From the NCBI GenBank assembly GCA_003551665.1, contig PUNE01000107.1, positions 4,374 through 68,373 on the forward strand: a stretch of DNA of 64,000 nt, read 5' to 3'. Under the pieces are notes generated by a model. It had not been told where the DNA came from and made no database searches. It was given only the letters and a program-made list of their open reading frames with translations. A program made the translations under genes and the position numbers. The stretch is from Halobacteroidaceae bacterium (GTDB taxonomy: Bacteria > Bacillota > Halanaerobiia > B1SED10-174). Numbering within the stretch: position 1 is the stretch's first letter; each line of letters begins with the position of its first letter. Positions 36,123 to 46,003 of this stretch are shown in pieces.

Positions 36123-36908
36123 CTAAAGGTCTTGGCCCACGGGGCAGTCAAATTCACACCTCCGGCAAAATTTACAGATTGTTTTTTGCCCGTTTCCCGA
36201 TTCCTCCAGCGCTCTTTCCATTTCTTCATTGCATTTCAGGCGGCTGTAATTTCCCTTCCTACCGGGCAGCCTTTCCAGACCTGTTTCCTCGGGGGAATAA
36301 ATGATCTCTGAGAAAGCATTACGGGGGCAATTCTCCAGGCAGTATGCTTTGCAGCCCGAACAGGGATCAAAATTCATGGGTCCTGTAGATGGAAGTTGAA
36401 TATCCAGAATCAATGAGCGGAGCCTGATCCGGGGGCCGAATTGAGGAGTAACCAGCAAATTGTTTATCCCGATGGTTCCAATACCCGCCGCAAGGGCGGC
36501 ATCCTTGAGAAAAATTCCCCCGTTTTCCACGTGGTAGGGGGGATGAAAGGTTTCCACCTCGGGAAAATTTTCTCCCAGAAAGGCCTTTAGGGCATTGACA
36601 ATCTTTATCATTTCTCGGTTGCCGGGAGGAGAGCCTTTGCCCGACCACCAGTCCATTTCGGGTTTTTCCTGGGGGTGGGAAAGCCCTATTACCACTATAC
36701 TTTTAGCCATGCCCGGCCAGGTTTCGATTCCCGCATCTTTTTTTCCGTCTCCCAGACCCACTTTAATCCTGGGTAATTCTGGAGCAAGCCTGGAGGAAGG
36801 AGAGTTTTCAGTTTCGTCCCGACTGGCAATACCAACAAGGTCTGCTCCAAATTCTCTTCCTTTTTTAATAATTATTGATCCAAGACTTAGCTTTTCCCTT
36901 GGTTCCAT
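36123..36908 (-). CDS. QueG/reductive-dehalogenase-like 4Fe-4S protein (short form)
   Basis: AGIGTIGINNLLVTPQFGPRIRL and two Cys clusters (CSGCKAYCLENCP, CKFCRRCEFDCP). Start moved to ATG 36908 (AAAGGAGG SD). Confidence 0.7.
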   Translation of the reverse strand: MEPREKLSLGSIIIKKGREFGADLVGIASRDETENSPSSRLAPELPRIKVGLGDGKKDAGIETWPGMAKSIVVIGLSHPQEKPEMDWWSGKGSPPGNREMIKIVNALKAFLGENFPEVETFHPPYHVENGGIFLKDAALAAGIGTIGINNLLVTPQFGPRIRLRSLILDIQLPSTGPMNFDPCSGCKAYCLENCPRNAFSEIIYSPEETGLERLPGRKGNYSRLKCNEEMERALEESGNGQKTICKFCRRCEFDCPVGQDL

Positions 36909-37108
36909 TTTTTTCCTCCTTTTCTCGGGCACAATGGAATTTGGGCTTCGCTTTTCCTTAATATAAAAGCTTCCAGAAAACAACTTTATTTCCTTGTGGG
37001 GAAAAAATCTAAGTTATCTTAACTAATGGTGAAATGCAAAAAAATCCTTCCCGAATTTAGTTTTCCGGGAAGGATAAAATGCATAGGTATTTTGGTTGTA
37101 TCGGGGTA

Positions 37109-37750
37109 TCAGGGATTAAGGACAATTTTAAGGGAGTCGATTTTCCAGTCATCACCAGATTTTCTCAGGCCCGCTTTTAAATATCCGGAATGGGGAATTT
37201 CATTGATATCCATTTCTAACTGGGCCTGGAGAGTTGCAACATTATTTCCAACATCGATTATTCCCCGGATATCACTTATTGTATCCCGGTCGAAGGTGGT
37301 ATCTTCATCAAGTTTAGTTCCGTCAGCAAATATGGAAATATTGGAAATATCCTGACTTCGAAGCAGATCGTACTTATCCCATTCATCCTGGAGTTCTGGA
37401 AGGACTTCGTCCCGGTCAGTTGCGGTAAGAAAAACAATAAAATCATCTTTGCTAACATTTTTGATTTCAAACTGGACCGAGAAGGGGTTATCGCTGATGA
37501 AAACATCACTGGAAGAAGTGTTGAGATCATTTCCAACTTCCACCTTTAGAGAAACCTGAGAAGCAAGGGTGTCCTGGGCCTTTTTGGGAAGCGAATCGTC
37601 ACCTTCCAGGACACCAGTAAACCCCGGGGCAAAATCCGCAAAAACGTTGGCAATATCTATCTCGTCTTGAATTCTTTGGATTATGCCGCATCCAGAAAAA
37701 CCAAGGGTAAGGATGAGGACCAGAATAAAGATCAGGGTTTCTTTTCTCAT
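37109..37750 (-). CDS. Acidic lipoprotein, function unknown
   Basis: Signal peptide with lipobox GFSGC. 213 aa, no domain recognised. Confidence 0.7.
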   Translation of the reverse strand: MRKETLIFILVLILTLGFSGCGIIQRIQDEIDIANVFADFAPGFTGVLEGDDSLPKKAQDTLASQVSLKVEVGNDLNTSSSDVFISDNPFSVQFEIKNVSKDDFIVFLTATDRDEVLPELQDEWDKYDLLRSQDISNISIFADGTKLDEDTTFDRDTISDIRGIIDVGNNVATLQAQLEMDINEIPHSGYLKAGLRKSGDDWKIDSLKIVLNP

Positions 37751-38027
37751 TTTCTCCTCCTTTCTCCCCGTGACGGGGGTAAGATGGAAAGAAGCAGAAA
37801 GTATTTTGGTTGATAATTAAATAATACCATAAAATCATAAAAGACGGGGGAATTTTTTAAAAATTTTGACAAATCTTTTTCTAAATTATGGGATAAGGGA
37901 GCCCCATTATTATTATCAGCCAAATTAATTGGCTGCTAATAAGATTTAAAGGGAAATAAGGGTTTGGATAAGAAGACTTTGGGAATTGAACTCCTGCGGG
38001 GAAATCTTTAGGAACCATTTTTGGGCA

Positions 38028-38057
38028 ACAAAAAAACCGGCCAGAAAAGACCGGTTT
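38028..38057 (-). terminator. Rho-independent terminator after the MttB-family gene
   Basis: The minus strand reads AAACCGG-loop(10)-CCGGTTT followed by TTTTTT. Confidence 0.7.
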
Positions 38058-38131
38058 AAATTAGTTCGGGAAACAAGGAGAGGCAAGGATTTTTTTGTTT
38101 ATTTTGATTGGTGGCTGGATTAATGTTCTCT

Positions 38132-39628
38132 TTATTTCAGCCACTGGCCAGGTTGACTCCAGGTTTGGGGCAGTAATCCTGCAATTTTTGCTTTTATTTC
38201 CTCCTGGATTTCTGCTTCAAGATTTTGGGGGTCTTTTGCGCAGATTTCCCGATATTTCCTGTGGGCAGCGCTGAGAGCCCCCTTATCATCTTCCAGGGGA
38301 TAGCGGACGTAAACCTGTTCTTTGCTCGGCTGGGGGAGGTGGTAGATATAGGTCTGGTGCTTGCTGGACATAACCTCTCTTACCATCCGGGTTATTTTTT
38401 CCTTTCTGTCTTCGGAAATTTTGGGTTCTGTCAGTGCTGCTTTAACCATGCCAATATGAGCGTTATCTAGAATGGCCTGTTCGGGGCTGAAGATGCTCGT
38501 CCTGTCCAGCAGGCCGAAGGCGTAGTGAATATACTGGGCTCCTGCCAGGGGGACTCCGGTTATAGTCAGCATTTTTTCCGCTGTAGCCTGGATTCCAGGG
38601 ACTGTGGTATCACCAACTCCCGCCGTGGAATAGCAGGGGATCCCGTAAAAACGGGCCATCTGGGCACAGTCCTGGTTGTAGTGGATGAATTCTGGGGCCC
38701 CGTACATATCAACAAGATTGTCCAGGCGGGACCTTACCGGAACACTACCGTAAAGGACCGGGGCTCCTGGAGCCGCCAGCTGGTTGAGGGTAATGCTGGC
38801 CAGTATTTCAGCGTTGATCTGGGCAACCATGCCGAATTCGTCAAATGGAGCTGTTGTTCCTCCCATGGGAGAGCTGGAAACCACTACGGGAATACCCTGC
38901 CTGGCAATGGCCAGGTGTTTTTCTGTGGTGTCCTTAACTATCTGCAGGGGGCTTTTGGCTATGCAGGTTATGAACGAAATTACCGGGGCTCGGTGGAAGG
39001 CATCTTTGCCCCCGGCCACGATTTCCCCCAATCTGATAACATCAGGAAGTGCATCCAGCCTTGCCAGCCCCCCCTGGACGTGCTTGGTTATGTTGTTCAG
39101 GCTGGAAGTAAAAATATTTACGTCGCGGTTTTCTTCTTTTAGTTCGGGATCCTGGACGTTGACGCAGCGGATGAAGAAATCAAGGTTTTCCAGGTTATCG
39201 GCAAGGTGGGCTGCTGTGCATAGCCTTTCCAGGTTACCCCTGCTTTTCTTTATTTCCGTTTGTCCATTCTTTTCTTCCACTTCAAGCCAGGTATTCGTTT
39301 CTGAACCACTGCCAAAGCGCACCCGGGGCTCAAAAGCATCTAGCTCCAGAATGTTATCCGGATTCCTGGCTCCCAGGGTAATTTTTGCCGGGGCACTATC
39401 CAGGGCCCGCTCAATTACCCCATCGGGAATACTTATCAGCCAGCCATCACCTTTTTCTTTAACCGAAGCACCGGCGCCCCTGAAAAGCTCGGCTGCTTCC
39501 TGGTTGTAACAGTGGATACCGGGATCCTGGAGTAGCTCCCGGGAAACTTCATCGATTAACTGAACCTGTCGAGCGGAGAGGCGCTCTTTTGGCTTTACCA
39601 AAACACCCCGGGGCTGTTTTTCTTTCAT
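38132..39628 (-). CDS. MttB-superfamily methyltransferase, non-pyrrolysine type (quaternary-amine:corrinoid methyltransferase-like)
   Basis: 498 aa, uninterrupted. The N-terminal LSARQVQLIDEVSRELLQDPGIHCYNQEAAELFRGAGA.., the length and the overall pattern fit the MttB family. There is no in-frame TAG. Confidence 0.8.
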   Translation of the reverse strand: MKEKQPRGVLVKPKERLSARQVQLIDEVSRELLQDPGIHCYNQEAAELFRGAGASVKEKGDGWLISIPDGVIERALDSAPAKITLGARNPDNILELDAFEPRVRFGSGSETNTWLEVEEKNGQTEIKKSRGNLERLCTAAHLADNLENLDFFIRCVNVQDPELKEENRDVNIFTSSLNNITKHVQGGLARLDALPDVIRLGEIVAGGKDAFHRAPVISFITCIAKSPLQIVKDTTEKHLAIARQGIPVVVSSSPMGGTTAPFDEFGMVAQINAEILASITLNQLAAPGAPVLYGSVPVRSRLDNLVDMYGAPEFIHYNQDCAQMARFYGIPCYSTAGVGDTTVPGIQATAEKMLTITGVPLAGAQYIHYAFGLLDRTSIFSPEQAILDNAHIGMVKAALTEPKISEDRKEKITRMVREVMSSKHQTYIYHLPQPSKEQVYVRYPLEDDKGALSAAHRKYREICAKDPQNLEAEIQEEIKAKIAGLLPQTWSQPGQWLK

Positions 39629-39844
39629 TGGAAAACCTCCTCCTGTATTTATGGAACTATATTATTGTTTTCCCCGAGGGAAAAGTGGAATCCTGCACCA
39701 ATTTTTGTTGATTGGGGGGAAAGAAAAAGACCAGATTTTTTTGTTCTGAAGCAAAAAAAGGGAAAAATGCAGGGGGAGAAAGGGGTTCCGGAGAAATAAT
39801 AGAGAATTAAACAGAAAACTCCGACTGACAAGGTGGTTTTAGCC

Positions 39845-41584
39845 ATGAAGAACAGGTTTTTCAATAAAAAAAGTTGGGGGAAAAGAGTTCTACTGGCTCT
39901 GTTTCTCTTTTTTTTGTTCTCCAAAACAATACTTGCCTTCCCCGGCGCCCTTGAGCTGGTGGAAAAGAAGGACCAATACAATATTTATTCCTACCTGCAG
40001 GTGCTTGAAGATCCTGAAGGGAATCTGGACCTGGAAGGGGTTCTTTCCCCCGGGTTGCAGGAGCAATTCCAGCCTCATGGTAATAGAACCCCCAGCTATT
40101 CCTATACGGATTCTGCCTACTGGTTCAGGTGGGAGATTACTGACCTAACCTCCCAGCAGCACTGGTTTTTGGAAGTAGAATATCCTCTTTTACATGATGT
40201 TCGCTTCTTTTTCCCGACAGAAACAGGTGAATACGAGATGAAGAAAGCGGGATCCCTTCTTCCTTTTGATCAGCGCCCTTTAGAAAACAGGAATTTTGTA
40301 TTTCCCCTGCCGGAGATTCCCCCGGGGAAGACAATTACCCTTTATTTGAGGACGGAAACGGAGTTTGCACATATTGTACCTCTGACAATCTGGGAGCAGA
40401 ACTCCTTTTATTCCCGCTCTTCCCTGGAGCACCTTTTCCAGGGGGCTTACCTGGGAATGCTGCTCATAGTTGCTTTGTATACTCTCTTTATTTTTTTCTT
40501 TTCCCGGGACATGCGCTTCCTTTTCTATACAATGTACATTCTCTGTATCGCTTTTTTCCATCTCTCCCTTAACGGTCTTTCCTTCCAGTTTTTCTGGCCC
40601 CAGGCACCCGACTGGGCCAACCGCTCGGTAATGTTCTTTTCCTTTGGGGGCAACATTTTTCTCCTGCTTTTTGCCACCAAAATCCTGAATTTGAAGAAAA
40701 ACTTCCCCGGGCTTAACACGTTTTTCCTGGGTATAGCGGGTTTTTCTCTGCTTATGTTGCCCTTTTCTCTCTTTCTTCCTTATACCCTGGCCATGCAGTT
40801 GAATATTGCAACGATTTTTGCTGGTTCAGTTACCCTCATTGCAGGAGTATACAGGACCTGGGAGAAAAAATATCGCCCTGCCGTTTTCCTTTTTTGGGCC
40901 TGGGTTTTTCTCGTTGGAGGAATTTTCCTCCTCATGGGCAGGAGTTTTGGAATATTACCCCACGGGTTTCTTACCTTTTCCGGGATCCAGATTGGTTCCG
41001 CTTTAGAGATAGTTTTCCTTTCCCTGAGCCTTGTTGCCCACTCTAATTTCCTCAAGAAGGAAAAAGAACAGGCCCAGGAACTGGCCCGGCGGGATGATTT
41101 AACCGGGCTTTTCAACCGCCGTGCTCTTTTTTCCATCGGGCAAAAGCAGGTGGAGATTGCCCGCCTTCAGAATTACTGCCTTAGTGTAGTAATGGTAGAT
41201 ATTGATAATTTCAAGGAAGTAAACGATAATTTTGGGCATGAGGCGGGAGATAATGTTTTAAGAGTTTTTGCAGAAAAACTCAGGCACAAGGTCAGGGCAA
41301 CCGATTGCGTTGCCAGGTACGGGGGAGACGAGTTCTGTATCCTTTTGCCCCTGACCAACAGCGGAGAAGCCCAGGAGAGGATTGAAGAATTAAGGGAGGA
41401 CCTGGGGCAGGATGGGGTTTTCCGGGAAGGAGATTATGATTTCCAGCTGACAGCAAGCTTTGGAATATCCGCCCTGCAGGGAGAAAAGACTTTTCAGGAA
41501 CTTATTTCCCGCGCAGACTCAGCGCTTTATACTGCCAAAAAAGAAGGAGGAAACCGGGCAGTAATACTTTCCCGGGAGCTCTAA
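39845..41584 (+). CDS. 7TMR-DISM sensor diguanylate cyclase
   Basis: Signal peptide plus an extracellular 7TMR-DISMED2-like domain (DSAYWFRWEI), 7 TM helices, and a GGDEF domain (RYGGDEF) with an RATD I-site. ATG 39845 follows an AGGTGG SD. Confidence 0.88.
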   Translation: MKNRFFNKKSWGKRVLLALFLFFLFSKTILAFPGALELVEKKDQYNIYSYLQVLEDPEGNLDLEGVLSPGLQEQFQPHGNRTPSYSYTDSAYWFRWEITDLTSQQHWFLEVEYPLLHDVRFFFPTETGEYEMKKAGSLLPFDQRPLENRNFVFPLPEIPPGKTITLYLRTETEFAHIVPLTIWEQNSFYSRSSLEHLFQGAYLGMLLIVALYTLFIFFFSRDMRFLFYTMYILCIAFFHLSLNGLSFQFFWPQAPDWANRSVMFFSFGGNIFLLLFATKILNLKKNFPGLNTFFLGIAGFSLLMLPFSLFLPYTLAMQLNIATIFAGSVTLIAGVYRTWEKKYRPAVFLFWAWVFLVGGIFLLMGRSFGILPHGFLTFSGIQIGSALEIVFLSLSLVAHSNFLKKEKEQAQELARRDDLTGLFNRRALFSIGQKQVEIARLQNYCLSVVMVDIDNFKEVNDNFGHEAGDNVLRVFAEKLRHKVRATDCVARYGGDEFCILLPLTNSGEAQERIEELREDLGQDGVFREGDYDFQLTASFGISALQGEKTFQELISRADSALYTAKKEGGNRAVILSREL

Positions 41585-41601
41585 AAAATTCAAAAAAATG
41601 G

Positions 41602-41645
41602 AAGGATTAAAGGGCAGGAAACATGCCTTTTAATCCTTTTTTTTG
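41602..41645 (+). terminator. Rho-independent terminator
   Basis: A 15-bp stem, AAGGATTAAAGGGCA / TGCCTTTTAATCCTT (one mismatch), followed by TTTTTTTT. Confidence 0.85.
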
Positions 41646-41962
41646 TGAAGTTGGAGTGGATTTTTTTCAACTGCCCTGGATAGATCTTTGCCTGCGGGAT
41701 TTCATTTGATTTAAAGGGGATTGTTTTGGCTTAATCCCGCATCCCCTCGGGAAAAATTAAAGAAAATATTCATCGCCAATAATTAATAGGGGGGATCTGT
41801 TTTTTGGAAAAATTTTGATTTATTTACTGACAAGAGCTGTGAGAAGTGATATATTTAAAATAAATCTAATCACTTCAAAATAAGGGTTAAAAATGGAGTT
41901 AAACTTGATTTTTCGAGGTGCAAGTAAATTTTCGGAAGACGAAAACCGGATAAGAAAATGGG

Positions 41963-42970
41963 GTGGAAGAGTTGGAACTAATTGAAAGGTATATTGATGC
42001 TCTAAAAAAAAGACTCCCTGAAGAAAAAAGAGAGGGAGCGGAGAATGAGGTTCGAAATCTGATCAGGGAAAGGCTAGACAGGCTTTCAACGGGGCAGGAA
42101 CCAACAGAAAAGGAGGTTGAAGAGGTTCTTCAGGAAATGGGGGATCCCCTGGTTTTAGCCCAGAAATATCACCCCCAGAAAAAATACCTGATTGGTCCCG
42201 ACTTTTTTGATACCTATTTTCTGGTCCTGAAAATTGTTGCGGCAGCGGTTTTTTTCGGACTATCCCTGGCCCTGGGAATTAGTTATATTTTTAATCCCCC
42301 GGTTAGCCTCTGGATGGGACTTGGAGATTATTTTTCCAGCATTTTTTCGGGTGTTATCCAGGCAGCAGCCTGGGTCACTTTCTTTTTTGCCCTTTATGAA
42401 CGGCTGGGAGGGGAGAAACCAGAATTAGGTCAGGCAAAGAAGTGGAGTCCCTCTCAACTTCCTGCCCAAAAAGAAGAAGGGAAAATCAGGGTTTCTGAAC
42501 CAGTCCTGGGAATAATCTTTATTTTCCTTGCAATGATTATATTTAATGCGGCGGGAAGGGTTACGGGCATTTTTTCTTTCGGAGAGGATACTTCGATCCA
42601 GGTAGTCCCCTTTTTGGACCACGAGGTTTTTGCTCAATTTCTTCCCATAATCAATGTTTTCTTTGTGCTGGCGATGATAAAAGAAGGGCTGAAATTTTAT
42701 ACCCGAAAGTGGACACTGCCTCTGGCAGCCTATAACGGGTTTTTAAATATTTCTTTTCTCGTCCTGGTTTTCCTTATTCTAACGAGGCCGGGGATTCTGG
42801 ACGAAGGATTTCTCAGGTTTTTAACCGGGAATGGGGATTTAGATGGGGAAACCCTGGACATAATTTTCAAGGTTGTTCCCCGGTTTTTTCTTGTTGTCTT
42901 TTCCGTGGGGTTAATAATTGATACCTTTGCTTCCTTTTTTAAAGCATTTAAGAGCCGGGAAGGAGTCTGA
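41963..42970 (+). CDS. Polytopic membrane protein with a HAAS/DUF1700-like N-terminal helical segment (tentative)
   Basis: N-terminal LIERYIDALKKRLPEEKREGAENEVRNLI, followed by about 6 TM helices. The start is uncertain (GTG 41963 or TTG 41972). Confidence 0.6.
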   Translation: MEELELIERYIDALKKRLPEEKREGAENEVRNLIRERLDRLSTGQEPTEKEVEEVLQEMGDPLVLAQKYHPQKKYLIGPDFFDTYFLVLKIVAAAVFFGLSLALGISYIFNPPVSLWMGLGDYFSSIFSGVIQAAAWVTFFFALYERLGGEKPELGQAKKWSPSQLPAQKEEGKIRVSEPVLGIIFIFLAMIIFNAAGRVTGIFSFGEDTSIQVVPFLDHEVFAQFLPIINVFFVLAMIKEGLKFYTRKWTLPLAAYNGFLNISFLVLVFLILTRPGILDEGFLRFLTGNGDLDGETLDIIFKVVPRFFLVVFSVGLIIDTFASFFKAFKSREGV

Positions 42971-43015
42971 AGTTCCTGAATTTTGCTGGCTAATTTAATT
43001 ACGGGGAGGTTGAAA

Positions 43016-43474
43016 ATGGAATACCTTTTGTTCAGTCTCTGGTTTATGCTCATCCATGTTGGTTCCTACATGTTTGCCGGAATAATCGCTCTTCGCATCA
43101 GCAAGGATATTTACGAAGGCAGGCAGAGATTAATGGATTACCTCAGGGACATGTCGGAGGAGAAAGAGAGAAAAGTAGTGGAAAAGTTTGTTTTGCCGGG
43201 ACAGGTTGTAAGGGGGTTTCTTCTTTCTCTTCCCCTGTATTTTTTGATCGGTCCCCTTGGGGAACTCTCTTTCCTGGCCCAGTTTGCAACTGTTTTCGGC
43301 CTTTTGTTTATTTATACTCATGTTAGTAGCGCGGCCCCATGTCCAGATAATATCGAAGGCTTTATTTACCTCAAGGAACGTTATTTCAGCAAAAAAGCAT
43401 TTTTAAAATTCCAGATGGAAATGGTTATCTACAGTTTTATGGCCTCTATTCTGGCTGCAGGCTTTTTGTTTTAA
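43016..43474 (+). CDS. Small polytopic membrane protein, function unknown
   Basis: ATG 43016 follows a GGGGAGG SD. Four hydrophobic helices, with no recognisable domain. Confidence 0.6.
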   Translation: MEYLLFSLWFMLIHVGSYMFAGIIALRISKDIYEGRQRLMDYLRDMSEEKERKVVEKFVLPGQVVRGFLLSLPLYFLIGPLGELSFLAQFATVFGLLFIYTHVSSAAPCPDNIEGFIYLKERYFSKKAFLKFQMEMVIYSFMASILAAGFLF

Positions 43475-43647
43475 TTGAACTGTTGGCGCTTAAAAGCAAA
43501 AAATCTTACCTGAAATCATTTTTGCTCAGGGTAAGATTTTTTAATTCCAGGGACAATACTGGCATTTATGTCCTTTGGGAAAAGTTATCACCCGCAGGAC
43601 CTGATTTCCGTCAGATGGAGGATCTGGTATTGTTGACCTTTCTTTTT

Positions 43648-44415
43648 TTAAAATGCCAGCGCTGCCTCAACGGCGAGCCAGAACAGCTTCTCCCGGTGTG
43701 ATGATTTTTCACTGCAGTACCTTTCATCCCAGTTCTCTCCGCTAACATCATCACCCGCCCCCAGGATCTCTCCAAACTTAACCCCCCGAAAACGCGCAAC
43801 TGCGAGCAGGGCACTGGCTTCCATTTCTACCATCAGGCAACCCTCCTGGCGCCTCAACTCCACCAAATCACGGGTTTCCCGGAAAATGGCGTCTGTAGTC
43901 CAAACTTTTCCCTGGAGGTACTTAATATTGTGATTATTCAACACCCCGATCAGGTCTTCTATCGTTTCCCGGTCTGCTTCCACCTCCCGGGAAGGGGGGA
44001 GGTAATGATATGAGGTTCCCTCCTGTCGAACTGCAGATTCAACAACAAGAACGGTTCCCCGGAGAATTTCCCTATCAAGGACTCCCCCGCTACCACAGGC
44101 AACGAATTTTTTACAGCCCAGGGCTATTAGTTCTTCCATGGATACGCAAGCGAGGGGTGCTCCAACCCCCGGGTTACAAACAGCCACTTTCCGGTCCTGA
44201 AATTCCAATTCAAATACAGGAAACTCGCCCATTTCTGATTTGATGGCAGCAACTTTCTTGGTTTTTCCATCCCGCTGGAGTTTGTCCAGAATATCCTGGA
44301 AAAATGTCATGACACAGGCTGGGGGAACTTGAGCAGGGCGAAATACCTCTTCAGGGTTGATTACAGCCCTTTTTTCACTATCATACTCAAGGATGGGAAA
44401 ATCTCTCTTCAACAT
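43648..44415 (-). CDS. Nucleoside phosphorylase, PNP/UDP family 1
   Basis: NPGVGAPLA..ELIALGCKKFVACGSGG and the EMEASALLAVA motif. Confidence 0.8.
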   Translation of the reverse strand: MLKRDFPILEYDSEKRAVINPEEVFRPAQVPPACVMTFFQDILDKLQRDGKTKKVAAIKSEMGEFPVFELEFQDRKVAVCNPGVGAPLACVSMEELIALGCKKFVACGSGGVLDREILRGTVLVVESAVRQEGTSYHYLPPSREVEADRETIEDLIGVLNNHNIKYLQGKVWTTDAIFRETRDLVELRRQEGCLMVEMEASALLAVARFRGVKFGEILGAGDDVSGENWDERYCSEKSSHREKLFWLAVEAALAF

Positions 44416-44773
44416 TTTTTCAACCTCCTTTTTGCTAATGAGGATTGGTGAGGAGGATCGTTCTTACCAGATTTTTAACCCGCGATCAAACGAACCCCCA
44501 AACCACCTTACCCTGGGTTTTTTTACCCGACCCTTTCCATCTGAAGTATTCTTTCTGGAGGTAATACCTATTACCTGCCAGGGGCTCTGATTGGTTTTTC
44601 CGAGAAGATTGATCCAAGCAGGCCCATGAAGTTTTTCCATTATTACCGCAGACCGTAATTGGAAAACCCTTGACTGGGGTGCTGACACCTGTTTTTGGTC
44701 AGGGCAAGGGAATTTGCAGGGGAAAAAAGTAAGGGGGCATGCTGAACTCCTGGGAAAAAACAGGTAAACTTCA

Positions 44774-45739
44774 TTGGAAGGGGAAACTACAGGACAGGGG
44801 GTGAAAAAAATAAAAAATGGCACAGAAAGTGAATTGGAAAGAGTAATGAGAGAAAAGGGCCTTGAATACCGGGGTATTTCTATTGCTGAGCTGCCAAAAT
44901 TGGAAGAGAGGATTTTCCAATTACACCAGAGGGGAATTCTGGAAACCAATTTTTTCCGGGAAGCGATTATAAATGGCGGTTTCTCCCTACCTGAAGACTT
45001 TCCTGGGATCCGTTCATTGATTGTTGTAGCTTATCCGCAGCTCTCAACCCGACTGGTTTTTACTGCAGGAGGGAGGAATGTAAAAACAGTTATTCCTCCT
45101 GCCTACCGGAACTTTCGCAACCGGATCCTGGAGGTGAAGGGTTGCCTCGAAAAGGCCATTGCTGAAAAAGGTTTCCGGGTTGATCCTGCTTTCCGCCTTC
45201 CCCTGAAGGCTCTGGCCGCGGGGACGGGCCTCGGGGCTTATGGCAGAAACAATATTATTTATGTTTCGGGAATGGGAAGCTACCATCAAATCCTGGCCTT
45301 TTTTACGGATATGGATTTTGATGAGAGTACCTTGAAAGAACCACGTCTTCTTGAGCTTTGCCAGGACTGCAGAATCTGCGAGGCATTGTGTCCCAGTGGG
45401 GCAATTGCTCCGGATAGATTTTTACTTAAGGTCAGGAGGTGCCTGGCCTATGTCAATGATGCTCCTCCAGAGTACTCCTTCCCGGAATGGGTGGAGTCTG
45501 GATGGCATAACGCCATTTATGGTTGTATGCTCTGCCAGGAGGGGTGTCCGGCTAATGAAAATTTCCTGGAGAACTGGGAAGAGGAATATTTTTTCTCAGA
45601 GGAAGAGACTCAGATTCTCCTTGAGGGTGTACCGGAAAAGGAACTTCCTCCAGAGTTAAAACAAAAGCTCGGGGAGGCTGACCTTTTAGGTTTACTGGAA
45701 CGTCTTCCCCGAAACCTGGGGTCCCTCCTCCATAATTAA
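44774..45739 (+). CDS. QueG/reductive-dehalogenase-like 4Fe-4S protein
   Basis: GLGAYGRNNIIYVSGMGSYHQI and two clusters (CQDCRICEALCPSGAI, CMLCQEGCPANE). The start codon is uncertain (TTG 44774, GTG 44801 or ATG 44846). Confidence 0.7.
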   Translation: MEGETTGQGVKKIKNGTESELERVMREKGLEYRGISIAELPKLEERIFQLHQRGILETNFFREAIINGGFSLPEDFPGIRSLIVVAYPQLSTRLVFTAGGRNVKTVIPPAYRNFRNRILEVKGCLEKAIAEKGFRVDPAFRLPLKALAAGTGLGAYGRNNIIYVSGMGSYHQILAFFTDMDFDESTLKEPRLLELCQDCRICEALCPSGAIAPDRFLLKVRRCLAYVNDAPPEYSFPEWVESGWHNAIYGCMLCQEGCPANENFLENWEEEYFFSEEETQILLEGVPEKELPPELKQKLGEADLLGLLERLPRNLGSLLHN

Positions 45740-46003
45740 CCTCCTATTGTCTGGTTAATGTTAGGGGCAGCTGAACTGTTTTGGGGGGTTTTCCGAGCCT
45801 GTCAGCAATAACTATCAGGGTGCTTTCATGATTATTATTAATGGACTCCACCAGGACAAAAATGCTTTTGGAGGTCGGTGTATTTGCGGGAAACCCGCTG
45901 TGGATTTGCCGCTGCGGAGAGAGAGGGTTTCCCCTTTGAATTTAGGTGAAATTTTGAATGCCAGGCTTCTGATCAAGGTTCATGCTGAAGGGGTTTGCCT
46001 TAC

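Noticed and set aside
35885-36311. ORFs of 114, 100 and 67 aa in the spacer between the GLUG gene and the QueG-like gene.
   Set aside because: They overlap one another and the QueG-like terminator and 3' end. The sequence is AT-rich, and none has an SD or domain.
38132-39628. Checked the MttB-family gene for an in-frame amber codon (pyrrolysine).
   Set aside because: The ORF is uninterrupted over 498 codons and no pyl genes are present, so it is a non-Pyl family member.
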